A stretch of DNA of 64,000 bases from positions 63,984,001-64,048,000 of the forward strand of contig OZ024746.1 of the NCBI GenBank assembly GCA_964016885.1, read 5' to 3'. This stretch comes from Eledone cirrhosa (Eukaryota). Numbering within the stretch: position 1 is the first letter of the stretch; the number at the start of each line of letters is the position of its first letter. The position numbers and the translations under genes are program-made. The notes beneath the pieces were generated by a model that saw only the letters and a program-made list of their open reading frames with translations, did not search any database and was not told where the DNA came from. Below, piece by piece: positions 37,724 to 50,317 of the stretch.

Positions 37724-38291
37724 CATCATCATCATCATCATCATTTTACGTCCGCTTTTCCCTGCTTGCAAGGGTGGGACGGGTCTTATTCAGCACAGCA
37801 TCTCTCCACTTGTCACGGTCCTTCGTCATCTCCACCGTGGGCTTCAGCGATCTGAGGTCTGTTCTCACCACCTCTGCCTATGTTTTTCGTAGTCTACCTC
37901 TACCACATCTTCCTTCAACTGGCATTTCCTGGCACTTCTTCACCCATCGGTCATCCTCCATGCGCATCACATGTCCATACCACCTCAGTCTCCTCTCTTG
38001 CACACTACATTCTATCCCTCTCAGACACAGTTTCTCTCTCAACATATTCATGCTGGGTCGTTCATGCACATTGACATTGCACATCTAACACAGCATGCTG
38101 GCCTCATTTATCTCCAGCCGTCGCATATCCTCTGCAGTTGCTACCCATGTCTCACTACCATGCAGCATCGTGCTCCTCACACAGGCATTATATAACCGGC
38201 CTTTCGTACGCAGGGAGAAACCCTTCTTCGTCAGCAAAGGAAGCAGCTCCCTAAACTTCTTCCAACCCGTTCTTATTCTAGATACTATATG
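37724..38291 (-). mobile_element. RTE family 1, 3' end
   Basis: [65 protein letters not shown], then (TGA)n. Confidence 0.92.
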
Positions 38292-38411
38292 TGCATATAT
38301 ATATGTGTGTGTGTATGTGTGTGTCTGTGTCTGTGTATATATGTATATGTGTGTGCATATGTGGATATATATATTTACATACATATATTAATATATATAT
38401 ATATATATGCA

Positions 38412-38454
<43 letters not shown>

Positions 38455-38672
38455 GAAGGTGTGTGGCTGTGTGGTTAGAGAACTGGATTCACAATAGTGA
38501 GGTTATGAGTTTGATTCCCAGACCGGGCAATCTGTTATGTCCTTGAGCAAGACATTTTATTTCATATTGCTCCTATCTGGAGTTGCGACCAATAGATAGT
38601 ATTAGGAATTGGAAAAAAGATGGAAACATTGTTTCCTCGGTCCGATTTGATGAAAAGTCGATTGACTGTTGA
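38455..38672 (+). mobile_element. tRNA/CORE-like SINE family D
   Basis: TGGCTGTGTGGTTAGAG, GAGTTTGATTCC, CCTTGAGCAAGACA. Second copy on the minus strand at 61092-61305. Confidence 0.8.
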
Positions 38673-38789
38673 TATGTATATATGAAGGATTTGGGGCCCC
38701 GATGGCTGAGCTCCTGTGGTTTCAACAACTAGATCTGAACACATACAATATTTATACATACATATAAATATATATATGTGTGTGTATGT

Positions 38790-38845
<56 letters not shown>

Positions 38846-39062
38846 ATATGTGTGTGCATATGTGCATATATATATTTACATACATATATACACATACATT
38901 CACACACACACTCACCACACATAGATGCACAAAGGTGTCCAAGTTGTCGATCACCTCAAGGTGGGCCCTGGAAACTGATCTCTGATCTTGATCAGATGAA
39001 TGACAACAACCTGAAACAGCAACAGTTTTGTATGCAAGAAGAATGTATACACTGACACGCTC

Positions 39063-39093
<31 letters not shown>

Positions 39094-39221
39094 CGTAGGT
39101 CCCGGGTTGAGTCGGGGATAACCACAGTAACTAAGGTACTCAATACATGGCAGAGTAAAAATGTTTTATTTTATAGAAGGAGCTTCTACAGGACTAGTAC
39201 TGTTTCATTCAGATGAAATCT

Positions 39222-39270
39222 GCTTCCTGAAGATTTCATCTGAATGAAACAGTACTAGTCCTGTAGAAGC
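39222..39270 (+). ncRNA. Candidate type-I hammerhead ribozyme in a fold-back element (39181-39271)
   Basis: CTGAAGA-t-TTCA tc TGAA-t-GAAA-C...GTC. Stem I is imperfect (GCTTC/GAAGC with a bulge). Confidence 0.45.
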
Positions 39271-39271
39271 T

Positions 39272-39896
39272 CATCATCATCATCATCATCACTTTACGCC
39301 CGCTTTTCCCTGCTTGCAAGGGTGGGACGTGAACTGATTCTGACTTGATTTCTACAGCTGGATGCCCTTCCTAACACCAACCACATTTACAGTGTGGACT
39401 AGGAGGTTTTTACCATGTTACCTACACGGCCACGTTACAGCGTGGACTGTGTGTTTTTTTGTCATGACACCTACACGACCTCATTTATTTAGGACTGGAT
39501 ATTGTGGTACCAACATAACTTTACAGAGAAAGGGGTGGTGTTGATGGGGGTGATGTGGGGGTGGGGGTGGGTGTAGTGGGAAGGAGTGTATATTTGATTA
39601 AGAGGTGCCTGCTGACTGTAGGTTTTGCTTTGTACTTAGGCAAGGCGGGTCTTCTGTATTACTGCGTAGCACCAAAGATCTCGGTCCAGTGACATTGTCT
39701 TGGAGAGGTGTAAGTGTGTAAGGTCGGAATTTATCAAGGCGTCCCAGGTTTTTCTGGGTCTGCCTACACCGTGGCTACCGTCTATTTTGATCGCCCTGCA
39801 CTTTTTTATACAGCTGTCGTCTTTCATGCACATCACGTGACCATACCAACGTAGTCTTCTCTCGAGTAAACAGCATCTGATCCCTCTTATTCCTAA
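39272..39896 (-). mobile_element. RTE family 2, 3' end with 3' UTR and SINE-A-type terminal tail
   Basis: RRLRWYGHVMCMKDDSCIKKCRAIKIDGSHGVGRPRKTW. UTR homologous to 42170-42430. Confidence 0.88.
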
Positions 39897-40601
39897 TATA
39901 TATATATATACATATATCTTGGTTTCTTGGTCAGCCTATGAACTTTTCAGCCATCCCACATATACATATATATATGTATATATATATGAATGAAAAATGG
40001 CGAGCTGTGTTGTTGCAAATATGATATAATAAAGAATTAGAAATAGAAGCCAGGACTATCCATCATCATTGGTCTACTAGCCATCATAGGTATTTCTTCG
40101 CATTACAGACCATATACCTCCGGCTAGGGCAATACAATAACTAAATTAAGTTATTGGGATAAAAATAGTTGGGTGGAGAAAGAGAGACAGGTAGATAGAC
40201 ATGAATGAGAAAATCAAGTCAATGATTCATTTTGAACATAAGAACGTGTGGATATTGACGAGAAGGCAAAAGACACATCTTGGCCGTGCGAATGTGAGCG
40301 AGGAAAGAATTTTGTACGGTGTGGGACGATGGAGGAAGTGAGAGAGAGGGTGAGTAGCAGAGAGTGAGTGAGTGAAAGTGTGAGGAAGAGGCTAGCCGAG
40401 AGAGGGTGACTAACAGAGGGGCGTGGGGGTGAGTGAAAGTAAGAGGGAGAAGGAGAGAGAGAAGGGGGAGAGAGAGGATAACAGTAAGGGAAGAGAAAAA
40501 GACAGGTCACAGCGAAGGGAAAAGCATATATGAATGAAAAATGGTGAGCTGTGTTGTTGCAAATATGATATATATAATAAAGAATTAGACATAGAAGCCA
40601 G

Positions 40602-40640
<39 letters not shown>

Positions 40641-40892
40641 CCACATAATTATTTTCCCACATCTTACGTTAACTATTTTTCCATTTTGACGCTATAGTCA
40701 CTTATATATTATGAAATACTGCTGGCTTCACGCTCACAATAATTTCTATACTTTAATTTATATATATATATATATATGAGGGATGGCTGAAAAGTTCATA
40801 GGCTGACCAAGATACTTTCATGCAACGGAATGACTAAATTAAGTTTATTTTTCAACACAGTCACTGGAAAGAAACAATATATATATATATAT

Positions 40893-42680
40893 ACGACAAC
40901 TACAGGAGAAGTACCTAGCTAAAAGTAAACCCCTATACTTAGCTTTTGTCGACTTGGAGAAAGCCTTCGACAGAGTCCCCCGTTCCATTATCTGGTGGGC
41001 TCTTAGAAAACTAGGTGTTGACGAATGGCTTGTGAGAGCTATACAAGCCATGTATAAAGAAACAGTCAGCAAGGTTAGAATTAACAACGAATATAGTGAA
41101 GGGTTTAGCGTAAAAGTTGGCGTTCATCAGGGCTCTGTTCTCAGCCCCCTACTATTTATTATTGCCCTTCAGGCTATAACAGAGGAGTTCAAGACCGGCT
41201 GCCCATGGGAGCTCCTATACGCAGGTGATCTAACGCTCATAGCTGAATCAATGACCGAACTAGAGAAGAAATTCCAAACATGGAAGCACGGCCTAGAATC
41301 AAAAGGTCTTAAAATTAACCTGGCTAAGACCAAAGTTCTAGTTTGTAAGAAAGAAAATAAGACGGCAGTCCCTTCCGGAAAGTGGCCATGCTCAGTGTGT
41401 AGGAAAGGCGTAGGTAGAAACTCCATTTTGTGTCCCAAATGCAAAGTATGGGTGCATAAAAGATGTAGTGGGATCACAGGTAAGCTAACTAAGAACATAG
41501 ATTTCACATGTGGCCGGTGCTCTGGTGCAATAAGTAGCAGCAAGTGCCCACAAAATATTAGCTCTTTCAACTGCGCAGAGGGTTCTATAGAAATAGTGGA
41601 CAGCTTCCGTTACCTGGGTGACAAAATCAGCAGTGGGGAGGGTGCTCTGAAAGTACAGTAGCTAGAGTCAGAACTGGATGGAAAAAGTTCAGAGAGCTTA
41701 TACCACTATTAGCCGCTAAAGGGTTCTCCCTAAAAATGAAAGGCAGGTTGTACGATGCCTGCATACGAACAGCAATGTTGCATGGCAGTGAGACCTGGGC
41801 ATTGTGTGCAGAGGATATACGCAGACTAGAGAGAAATGAAGCTTGCATGCTCCGCTGGATGTGTAATAGTAATATACGTGAACGGCAAAGCATAAGCGAA
41901 CTAAGGAAAAAATTAGAAATAAGAGGGATCAGATGTTGTTTACTCGAGAGAAGGTTACGTTAGTATGGTCACGTGATGCGCATGAAGGACGATAGCTGTA
42001 TAACAAAGTGCAGGGCAATAAAGATAGACGGTAGCCACGGAATAGGCAGACCCAGAAAAACCTGGGACGAGCTGATAAATTCCGACCTCACACACTTACA
42101 CCTCACCAAGACAATGTCACTGGACCGAGACCTTTGGCGGTACTCAGTAATAGAGAAGACCCGCCTTACCTAAATACAAACTAAAACCTACTACAGTCAG
42201 TAGGCATTTCTAACAAAATACACCCCCGTCCCACCACTCCCACCCCATCCACACTGCCCCTTTCAATGTAAAGTTATGTTGGTGCCACAACATCTAGGCC
42301 GAAACAAATGAGATCGTGTAGTGTCACGTCAAAAAAACACACAGTTCACGCTGTAATGTGGCCGTATAGGCAACACGGTAAAAACCTCCCAGACCCACAC
42401 TGTAAATGTGGTTGGCGTTAGGAAGGGCATCCAGCTGTAGAAAACCCGCCAGACAGTCCACGCTGTAATGTGGCCATGTAGGCAACACGGTAAAAACCTC
42501 CCAGCCTCACACTGTAAATGTGGTTGGTGTTAGGAAGGGCATCCAGCTGTAGAAAACCCGCCAGATAGTCCTATGCGAGCAAGATAATCGCTCTTGCCTC
42601 AAGTGGGAAAACCCCCATCCAAACCCATGCAAGCGTGGAACACGGACGTTAAACGTTGATGATGATGATGATGATGATGA
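40893..42680 (+). mobile_element. 5'-truncated RTE family 2 LINE: RT, PHD finger, thumb and 3' UTR (frameshifted)
   Basis: AFVDLEKAFDRVP, GVHQGSVLSPLLF, LLYAGD (YADD mutated), C4HC3 motif, FRYLG, MLHGSETW, GRPRKTW. ~120-bp duplication in the UTR; (GAT)n tail. Confidence 0.95.
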
Positions 42681-42749
42681 TATATATAAATGGAAAAGAA
42701 TGAAACGAAATTTCATTTCTCACTCTTCGTACGGCTGGTACTTAAATGT

Positions 42750-43264
42750 AAGTATGTATGTATACGTACATCCATATATGTATACAGACGTACAGTAGTA
42801 TGTATATATATACATACATGCACACATATATATATGTACGTATGGGTTTACCGAACATTTATTATAATGCTCGGTTTGTTTGTAAACAAACAGCCTGAAT
42901 TACGCCATACAGTGTTCAGGCAACCATCGTCACCTTTTTGTTCAACACTGACACAGGAACGATGTACTAGTTTCAAGCTTATTAGCTATCATCAGCATCG
43001 TATACCTTTCTGTCAGATGGTTGAACGTCTGAAAGTATATACTTTCCTTATGCATATTAACGGCTGAGCAGCCTAATTTGCATATCGAGTGAGTTAGTCA
43101 GCCGGGCGCACCGAAAACGATAAATGGAAAAATTTGGGCTGTTTGTTTACAAACAAACCGAGCATTATAAACCCATACATACATATATATATGTGTGCAT
43201 GTATGTATATATATACATACTACTGTACGTCTGTATACATATATGTATGTACGTATACATACAT

Positions 43265-43268
<4 letters not shown>
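42750..43268. mobile_element. Inverted-repeat element carrying a hammerhead motif
   Basis: Arms ~42750-42900 and ~43130-43268, including TATAATGCTCGGTTTGTTTGTAAACAAACAGCC and its reverse complement. Confidence 0.75.
42959..43001 (-). ncRNA. Minimal type-I hammerhead ribozyme
   Basis: ACGATG-CTGATGA-t-AGCT aata AGCT-t-GAAA-CTAG-TA-CATCGT: perfect 6-bp stem I, canonical core, palindromic stem III. Confidence 0.85.
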
Positions 43269-43317
<49 letters not shown>

Positions 43318-43739
43318 AAGCAAACAATTTTCTATTGATGCTATTGACAACATTTAGCTGCTGCTAACTTTGAAATGACAAACTCTATATATTATTTACA
43401 ACTCACACATATTCATAGTCTACCACAGTCAAAACACATTCCAGTTGAACATTGATTGAAAAATTAGCCATTACCAGAACTAAGAAGAAAAAAAAAATAT
43501 ATATACATATAAAAGCAAAACGGCAAACAAAAACAACAAAATGTGAAATAAAAACAAAACATTATTTTTTTACTTCAGCAGACTATTTTATGAATCAAAA
43601 AACCTAACAAAACACACCCATATTGAAATTAGGTCCTTTTTAACTGATTTATCGCTTTCAAACTACTTACCTAGAATATCTGACTTTGATTAAAATTGCA
43701 TTAAATTCTCAGCATCTATCATTAACATCACTAATGCTA

Positions 43740-43789
43740 TACATATATATATGTGTGTGTGTGTGTGTGAGTATATATACATATTGCTA

Positions 43790-43830
<41 letters not shown>

Positions 43831-43866
43831 CACATATATATATATATATATGCATATATTACATAT

Positions 43867-43902
<36 letters not shown>

Positions 43903-44071
43903 GCACATATTACACGTATATATATATAAAAAAAAATATATATATATATACATATATATATATTACACATATATATATATATTACACATATATATATATA
44001 TATTACACATATATATATATAAATATATATATATACATATATATATATATTACACGTATATATATATAAAA

Positions 44072-44105
<34 letters not shown>

Positions 44106-44189
44106 TACACATATATATATATATAAATATATATATATACATATATATATATATATTACACATATATATATATAAATATATATATATAA

Positions 44190-44223
<34 letters not shown>

Positions 44224-44297
44224 TACACATATATATATATATATATCTATATATAAATATATATATATATATACACATATATATATATGCATATATA

Positions 44298-44356
<59 letters not shown>
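43740..44356. repeat. Compound (TA)n microsatellite with recurring TTACAC interruptions
   Basis: Read directly. Confidence 0.95.
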
Positions 44357-44357
<1 letters not shown>

Positions 44358-44519
44358 TTAGCTATATGTGTTGTATATTTAAGCAGGAGAATCAGTAAGC
44401 TGGAGGGTGGGAGACGCTATTTAAATGCAATGATCTGATACTTTGTCCAGATTTTATGTGCATCATTCTCAGCTTTAGTGTCAACATCATCACCATCACC
44501 ATTGCCATCATCACTATCA

Positions 44520-45294
44520 AACATCATCATCATCATCACCACCATCAAGTATCACCATCATCATCTTTGTTTTTATGTATGCTTTCTTCCCTGCTTGCAT
44601 ATGTTGACATTGACATAACTGAAGAGTCTTCTCAATTCTATTTTTGCCATGGTTTTTAAAGTTGGATACTCTTCCTATCACCCACCACATAAGATATGCT
44701 GGGGGCATTTCATTGTGGCACTAGCACAAGAGAGGTTTATGGTCATTGACTCAACTGAGGAGCCATCTCTACCCTGCGAGGAGGAAGAATAGAAGCAAGG
44801 TACAACAGTATGTCATAAAATGGAGGGATAAGTATAATATTGTGGGTATGTGACAGGGGTTGTGGCGTTTTGAGCAGTGATATAGAGGAAGGAGAGAATA
44901 GGGAGAGGCAGGTGTAAAAAAATAACATCTCCATGAATCCCACTCACTGAGATTTTCAACACTGTTTTATGCACCACATATCCATACCCTCTCAGCCCTC
45001 CATATTGCTCACCACATCAAATTCCTCCCATAGAGAGTCCTCTTAGCTCACTCACACCACGCATCCATGTTTACTCTCAGAGTTACAGTGTTTGTACTGG
45101 TGGAGAGATTTTTTGTAATATGCCATATCACCAGTCAGCTTAGTCACGTGTCATCTCCTTCTGAGGTTCAGTTTCTTGAGGACATTCTCTGCACCTTCAT
45201 CCCATGTCTTCTTAACTCTTCTTCTTCCACAAGTGCCATTAATTTCAAGTGTTCAAAACCTTTTAACAAACCTCACTCTCTTTACACATCACAT
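44520..45294 (-). mobile_element. Old RTE 3' end and UTR
   Basis: Minus-strand peptide LEINGTCGRRRVKKTWDE; degenerate SINE/RTE-type tail near 44560-44720. Confidence 0.6.
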
Positions 45295-45693
45295 TAAGAT
45301 TTTCCTCGATGAAGCAGGAAAAATGCAGGTTTTCATCTAATGCGGGCCCTAGGGGATCAAGAAAATGAATTTTTTTTATGTGCATAATATTATGCACATA
45401 AATTTCGGGAAAATTTATGTGCATAATATTATGCCTTGAAATTTCTGGAAAATCGGCTAGACGTAACGCCTAAAAAACCCCATAAAAAGTTGAAAAAAAT
45501 GCAGTTTTTCACCTAATGGGGGCCCTAGAGGATCAAAAGGTTGAATTATTTATGTGCATAACACTCCCTGAAGCATAAGTAATACACATGTAAAGTTTGA
45601 AAAAAATCGGTTGGGTACTTCTCAAGTTTTAGGGATTCAAACTCACAGACACACACACGCACAGACAGACATCTTCTGTTTTATATATATAGA
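45295..45693 (-). mobile_element. Non-autonomous Helitron-like element
   Basis: Minus strand begins TCTATATATATAAAA with a (CTGT/GT)n tract, has internal direct repeats, and ends in the hairpin TTTCCT..AGGAAA followed by CTTA. No TSD. Confidence 0.65.
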
Positions 45694-45754
45694 TGTGTAT
45701 AAATAGGGAACAGCTTTTCAATATAACACACATACACACATATATATGTATATA

Positions 45755-45932
45755 AGACACAGCAAAAAGCACCCAGCACACACTGTAAATGTGTTAGGAA
45801 AGGTATCCATCAGTAGAAAACCAGCCAGAAAGTCCTATACAAGTCACCCAAATGCCTCAAATGGAACAAACCTGCCTAACCCATGCTAGCATGGAAGATA
45901 GACGTTAAACGATGATGATGATGATGATGATA
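45755..45932 (+). mobile_element. SINE/RTE-2-type 3' tail fragment
   Basis: GCACCCAGCACACACTGTAAA...CCCATGCTAGCATGGAAGATAGACGTTAAAC(GAT)n. Confidence 0.75.
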
Positions 45933-47262
45933 ATACACACATGTACATGTACACATATATAAAGACACATATGTGCCTCTTTCACTTTTTGTTATAAAAT
46001 CGTTTTGTTTTTGTCATCATGATAATTGAAAAGCACTGTACTAAGTTTTTCAGTGCTGAGAACAATTTCAAATATAAGTTTTAAATTTATTTAAATTTTC
46101 ATTTGATTTTAGTCAGAATATTATAATTTCCTGAGATACCAATTCTCTTTGGTTAGTAAAATTTTGACATGTGTAATTTATATATATACATAAAAATATG
46201 CAGTACACAATGAAAAGAAATATAATCAATTAATTATTGCTAGGAACCTTTTAAATATGATACACAGAAATATATAATTAAAGTGAGAGAAAAAACTCCC
46301 TTCAATTTAACACTAAGTGTGTCAATTAGTCACACACCATAAGAGACATTGGAAATTTTTGAGACAAACCAATACACTTACAGCATTACTGCAACAAATT
46401 GGGAAAAGAAACAAGAAAAGCAAAATGGTATGCTACATAAATTCAAAACTAGTATAAAACTGACAAGATAGAAGTAGTATATATTTTGTATTAGACTTCT
46501 TTTTATATAGTAAAAACAATTGTTGGGGATTTATCAAATCAAATACAACCTTGAACAGGAAGTCCATTGGCAGAATTATTAGAGTGTTGGATCTTAATAT
46601 CATTTTTATTTGCTGTAGTTTTTCCAAGATTTTTCATTCTAAGTTCAAATCCCACTTTGCATTTCATCATTCTCGAGTCAATAGTTAAAGAACCAATCAA
46701 ATACCAGGGCTGATTCTTTCTCATTCTCTAAAAATTAGCTACACTATCATAGGGTTCTGTTTACAATGTCCCCCATCTCCTAAAAAAATGGAGGAACTGG
46801 AAGCTAGCATCCTCTTTTCATATGAAAACTGTACAACCAAACGTGAGATTGTGATGATTAGTTGCAGCAATGTGGTGTATAACATCCGATGTTTAATATA
46901 TATATAACTTAGATGTATTTGAGGGAGATGAATTCTTTTAGTGTTTTAAAAAATACTTTTAAATCAAAAGAAGTTTAAACTAAATGTTTTTAATCACTTA
47001 TATTTATGAAATCTTAATATCATTTTTATTTTAATTTAAAACTTAAAATCAATAACTATAGAAATATCAAAATTTTAAACATTCAATAGATTTCAATATT
47101 ACTTTTGAATAATTCAAATGTAGTCACAAAAAATAAAAAATAAAAATAAAGCAAATCTACATGTTCTTAATGATTATATATATGTCTCCCCCCTCTCTTT
47201 CTATATATAATAAATATATTATATATATATTTATATATATATATTATAAATATATTTATGTA

Positions 47263-47600
47263 TCATTATCATCATCATCATTTTACGTCCGCTTTTCCCT
47301 GCTTGCAAGGGTGGGACGGGAACTGATTCTGGCTTGATTTCTACAGCTGGATGCCCTTCCTAACACCATTTACATTCATTTACAGTGAGTGCTGGGTGCT
47401 TTATTTCTGTGGCACCTACACGACCACTTTACAGTGTGGGCTGGGTGCTTTTTTGCCGTGGCACCTCCACGACCACTTTGCAGTGAAATGATAGGGACCC
47501 CAGTCCCTATCATCTCATTTCTACAGTTGAGTAAACTGGAGCAAGGTGAAATAAGGTGTCTTGCTCAAGGAAACAACACATCACCCGGTCTGAGAATTGA
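47263..47600 (-). mobile_element. SINE family A, 5'-truncated
   Basis: Matches 14445-14727. Confidence 0.9.
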
Positions 47601-47604
47601 GAGA

Positions 47605-48632
47605 GAGACTGACCCTAGTTATTGTATTTCTGAACACCCACCTCCGCTGCTAATTCGGTCACCTAGGTAGCAGAAGCTGTCTACTGTTTCTACAGAGCCC
47701 TCCCAGAGATTGGTGGTACTTGTTTCCTGTGGCTGTTTGCTGCTTGCTGTCCCAGTACAGCTGCTGCATGTGAAGCCTACATTCTTAATTAAGCTTCCTG
47801 AGATCCCGCTACATCTCTTGTGTACCCATTGTTTGCATTTGGGGCAGAGAATGGAGTTCCTACCTTCACCATTCCTACATACTGAGCAAGGCCATTTCCC
47901 TGAGGGGATCTGTGTTCTGTTTTCTCGTCTACTTACAAGGACCTTAGTCTTTGACATGTTGACTTTGAGACCCTTTCTTTCTAGTCCCTGCTTCCAAGTT
48001 TGGAATTTCTTCTCTAGTTCTACCATAGATTCAGCTATAAGTGTGAGGTCATCAGCATACAGGAGTTCCCATGGGCATCCGGTCTTAAACTCCTCTGTTA
48101 TTGCCTGCAGGACTATGATGAACAGGAGAGGGCTAAGAACAGAGCCCTGGTGGACACCAACCTGTACGCTAAATTCCTCGCTATACTCATTGCTAATCCT
48201 AACTTTGCTGACTGCTCCCCTATACATGGCTTGCACAGCTTTCACAAGTCATTCATCTACACCTAGTTTTCTAAGAGCCCACCAGATTACAGCACGTGGA
48301 ACTCTGTCAAAGGCTTTCTCGAGATCGACGAATGCCAGGTAGAGTGGCTTACTTTTAGCTAGGTACTTTTCCTGTAACTGCCTCACAAGGAAGAGCGCAT
48401 CAGTGGTGCCTCTTCCTGGTACAAACCCAAATTGCATCTCATCTAGTTTCACCCTGTCCCTAATCAACTGTTCTACAACTCTTTCTGTTACTTTCATGAC
48501 CTGGTCCATCAGCTTTATACCTCTATAGTTTCCTCTATCTAGTGCATCACCTTTACCTTTGTAGCAGTTGACAATGATGCTACTGCACCAATCTTTTGGT
48601 ATGGTATGACACCTTCTAGTATTACCTGGTTA
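47605..48632 (-). mobile_element. Internal RTE RT fragment with PHD finger
   Basis: NYRGIKLMDQ, QFGFVPGRGTTDA, DLEKAFD, QGSVLSP, LLYADD, C4HC3, FCYLG. In-frame TGA at ~48250. Confidence 0.93.
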
Positions 48633-50317
48633 TATATATATATATATATACTCATATATAAGCTGAGAAATATGTGACAAAAAATTCTATAGTAAAATTG
48701 GCGGTGGTGGAGGTGGGGTGGCAGGTTGACTTATATTCGAGGTCAATATTTTGCCGATTTTCACCAATTTTAAATTTTATGTAAATAAGGTGCTAAAATC
48801 TTTAGAGTGATTATTTTTACAATGAAATACTGTTTTTCTACATTTACTACATATCAATTGGTGTTATTTATGCATTCGCTTGAAAATATTTTCAACAAAT
48901 ATTTATAATTTGAACTTTTAAACACATAAATATCCCTTACACATACACACACATACACTCATTCACACGCATACACACACATACATGTTTTTCTCTCACC
49001 TAATATATTTTCTTTCTGTCTTGTATTTTATTGCTATTGTTCTCTCTCCCTTCTCACTCTCGTCTTCTATTTTTTAAAACTCTACCTCTCCTCTCTCTTC
49101 TACTCTATGATTCCTATACAAAGTTCTCTTATTCAATCTCTTGCTTTCAACAATTTCCAGCATGTGAGTGCCTGGAGGTAAACAAAAATTCGAGAAACTT
49201 GTCGAAATTTTATAAAATGGATGAAATGGTAAAAAGGCATTATGTAATGGAGTTGTAAAACAAAAACTATACTCTAGAAATTGCTTCTAAATCTACCTCA
49301 AATCAAACCTTCTTAAATTATAAAGGGAAAGACACACTGGATAATGTAGTCCTGGGCATATATCAACCATGTGAATAACTTTGTTTAATTTTGTTTTAAT
49401 TTTAGATTTTTTTCTTCTTTTATTTCGCCTCTCAGATTTGTATTATAGAATTGATGTAATTTATTGTAAAAGTTAATTGAATCAATGCCTATATCAACAA
49501 AAAGCATAGGAGATATAGATATAAAAAAGTATTTTTCCTGAAGATGATCAGAGAACATTGGTCACTCTTCAATAGGTTTGATGTTGAACCTGCTGTAGTG
49601 GAGACTTCTGGACTATCAAGGCAGAGTTGGCTACACACATGAGTGAGCCACATGAGTTAAAATGGTTATTTCAATGTATCTCCCTTGCCATCCTCTGGGG
49701 AAATGTTTGCTCCATTCTGTCTGCAGGGACCACAAGGTAGCCAACACATAGGCTCCCCTGCTCCATTTAGATCTGTATCATTGGGCAGCAATGCTTAGTT
49801 CTACTGTTATTTAATATGTTTCCACTTTTTCTTATAGTTTCAAACTAAGCCTCAATATATAAACCCACCATCATATCAGTGTACACAAGAATGGTAAGTT
49901 ATGTTTACCATTCTCCCTCCAGCCAGATGTTACAAAGTAGATGATAAAGAAAACAAAAACAAATATACTGACATGCTTTTATAACTAGATAGATATAATT
50001 TGTCAAAATTGTGGTTGTCCACAAAGATATGTTGTCATGGTGACATTAACTTAATGAACTGCTGTAACAAAGGACTAATTGGTTCTATTGTGAAAAGAGA
50101 GAAGCAAATAATTAATAAATCTGTGTGCAAGTGATATTTCCTTTTATGTCACACTGACAAGGCTGGCTGAAAAGTTTATAGGCTGACTATGAAGAAATGA
50201 TGCTAGAGCTGTGAAATCTTGCATACATTAATTTCAACTCAACTTATTAATAACTGCATTGTTTCTTTCCAGAGACTATGTTGAAAAATAAACTCCATTT
50301 GATCATTCCATGAGAAT

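Noticed and set aside
43690-44356. Ile/Tyr-repeat ORFs (also at 53.5, 55.5, 58.7, 59.7 and 60.9 kb)
   Set aside because: Translations of (TA)n and (CA)n microsatellites.
49540-49800. GC-richer non-repeat patch as a possible host exon
   Set aside because: No long open frame, convincing splice pair or recognisable motif.
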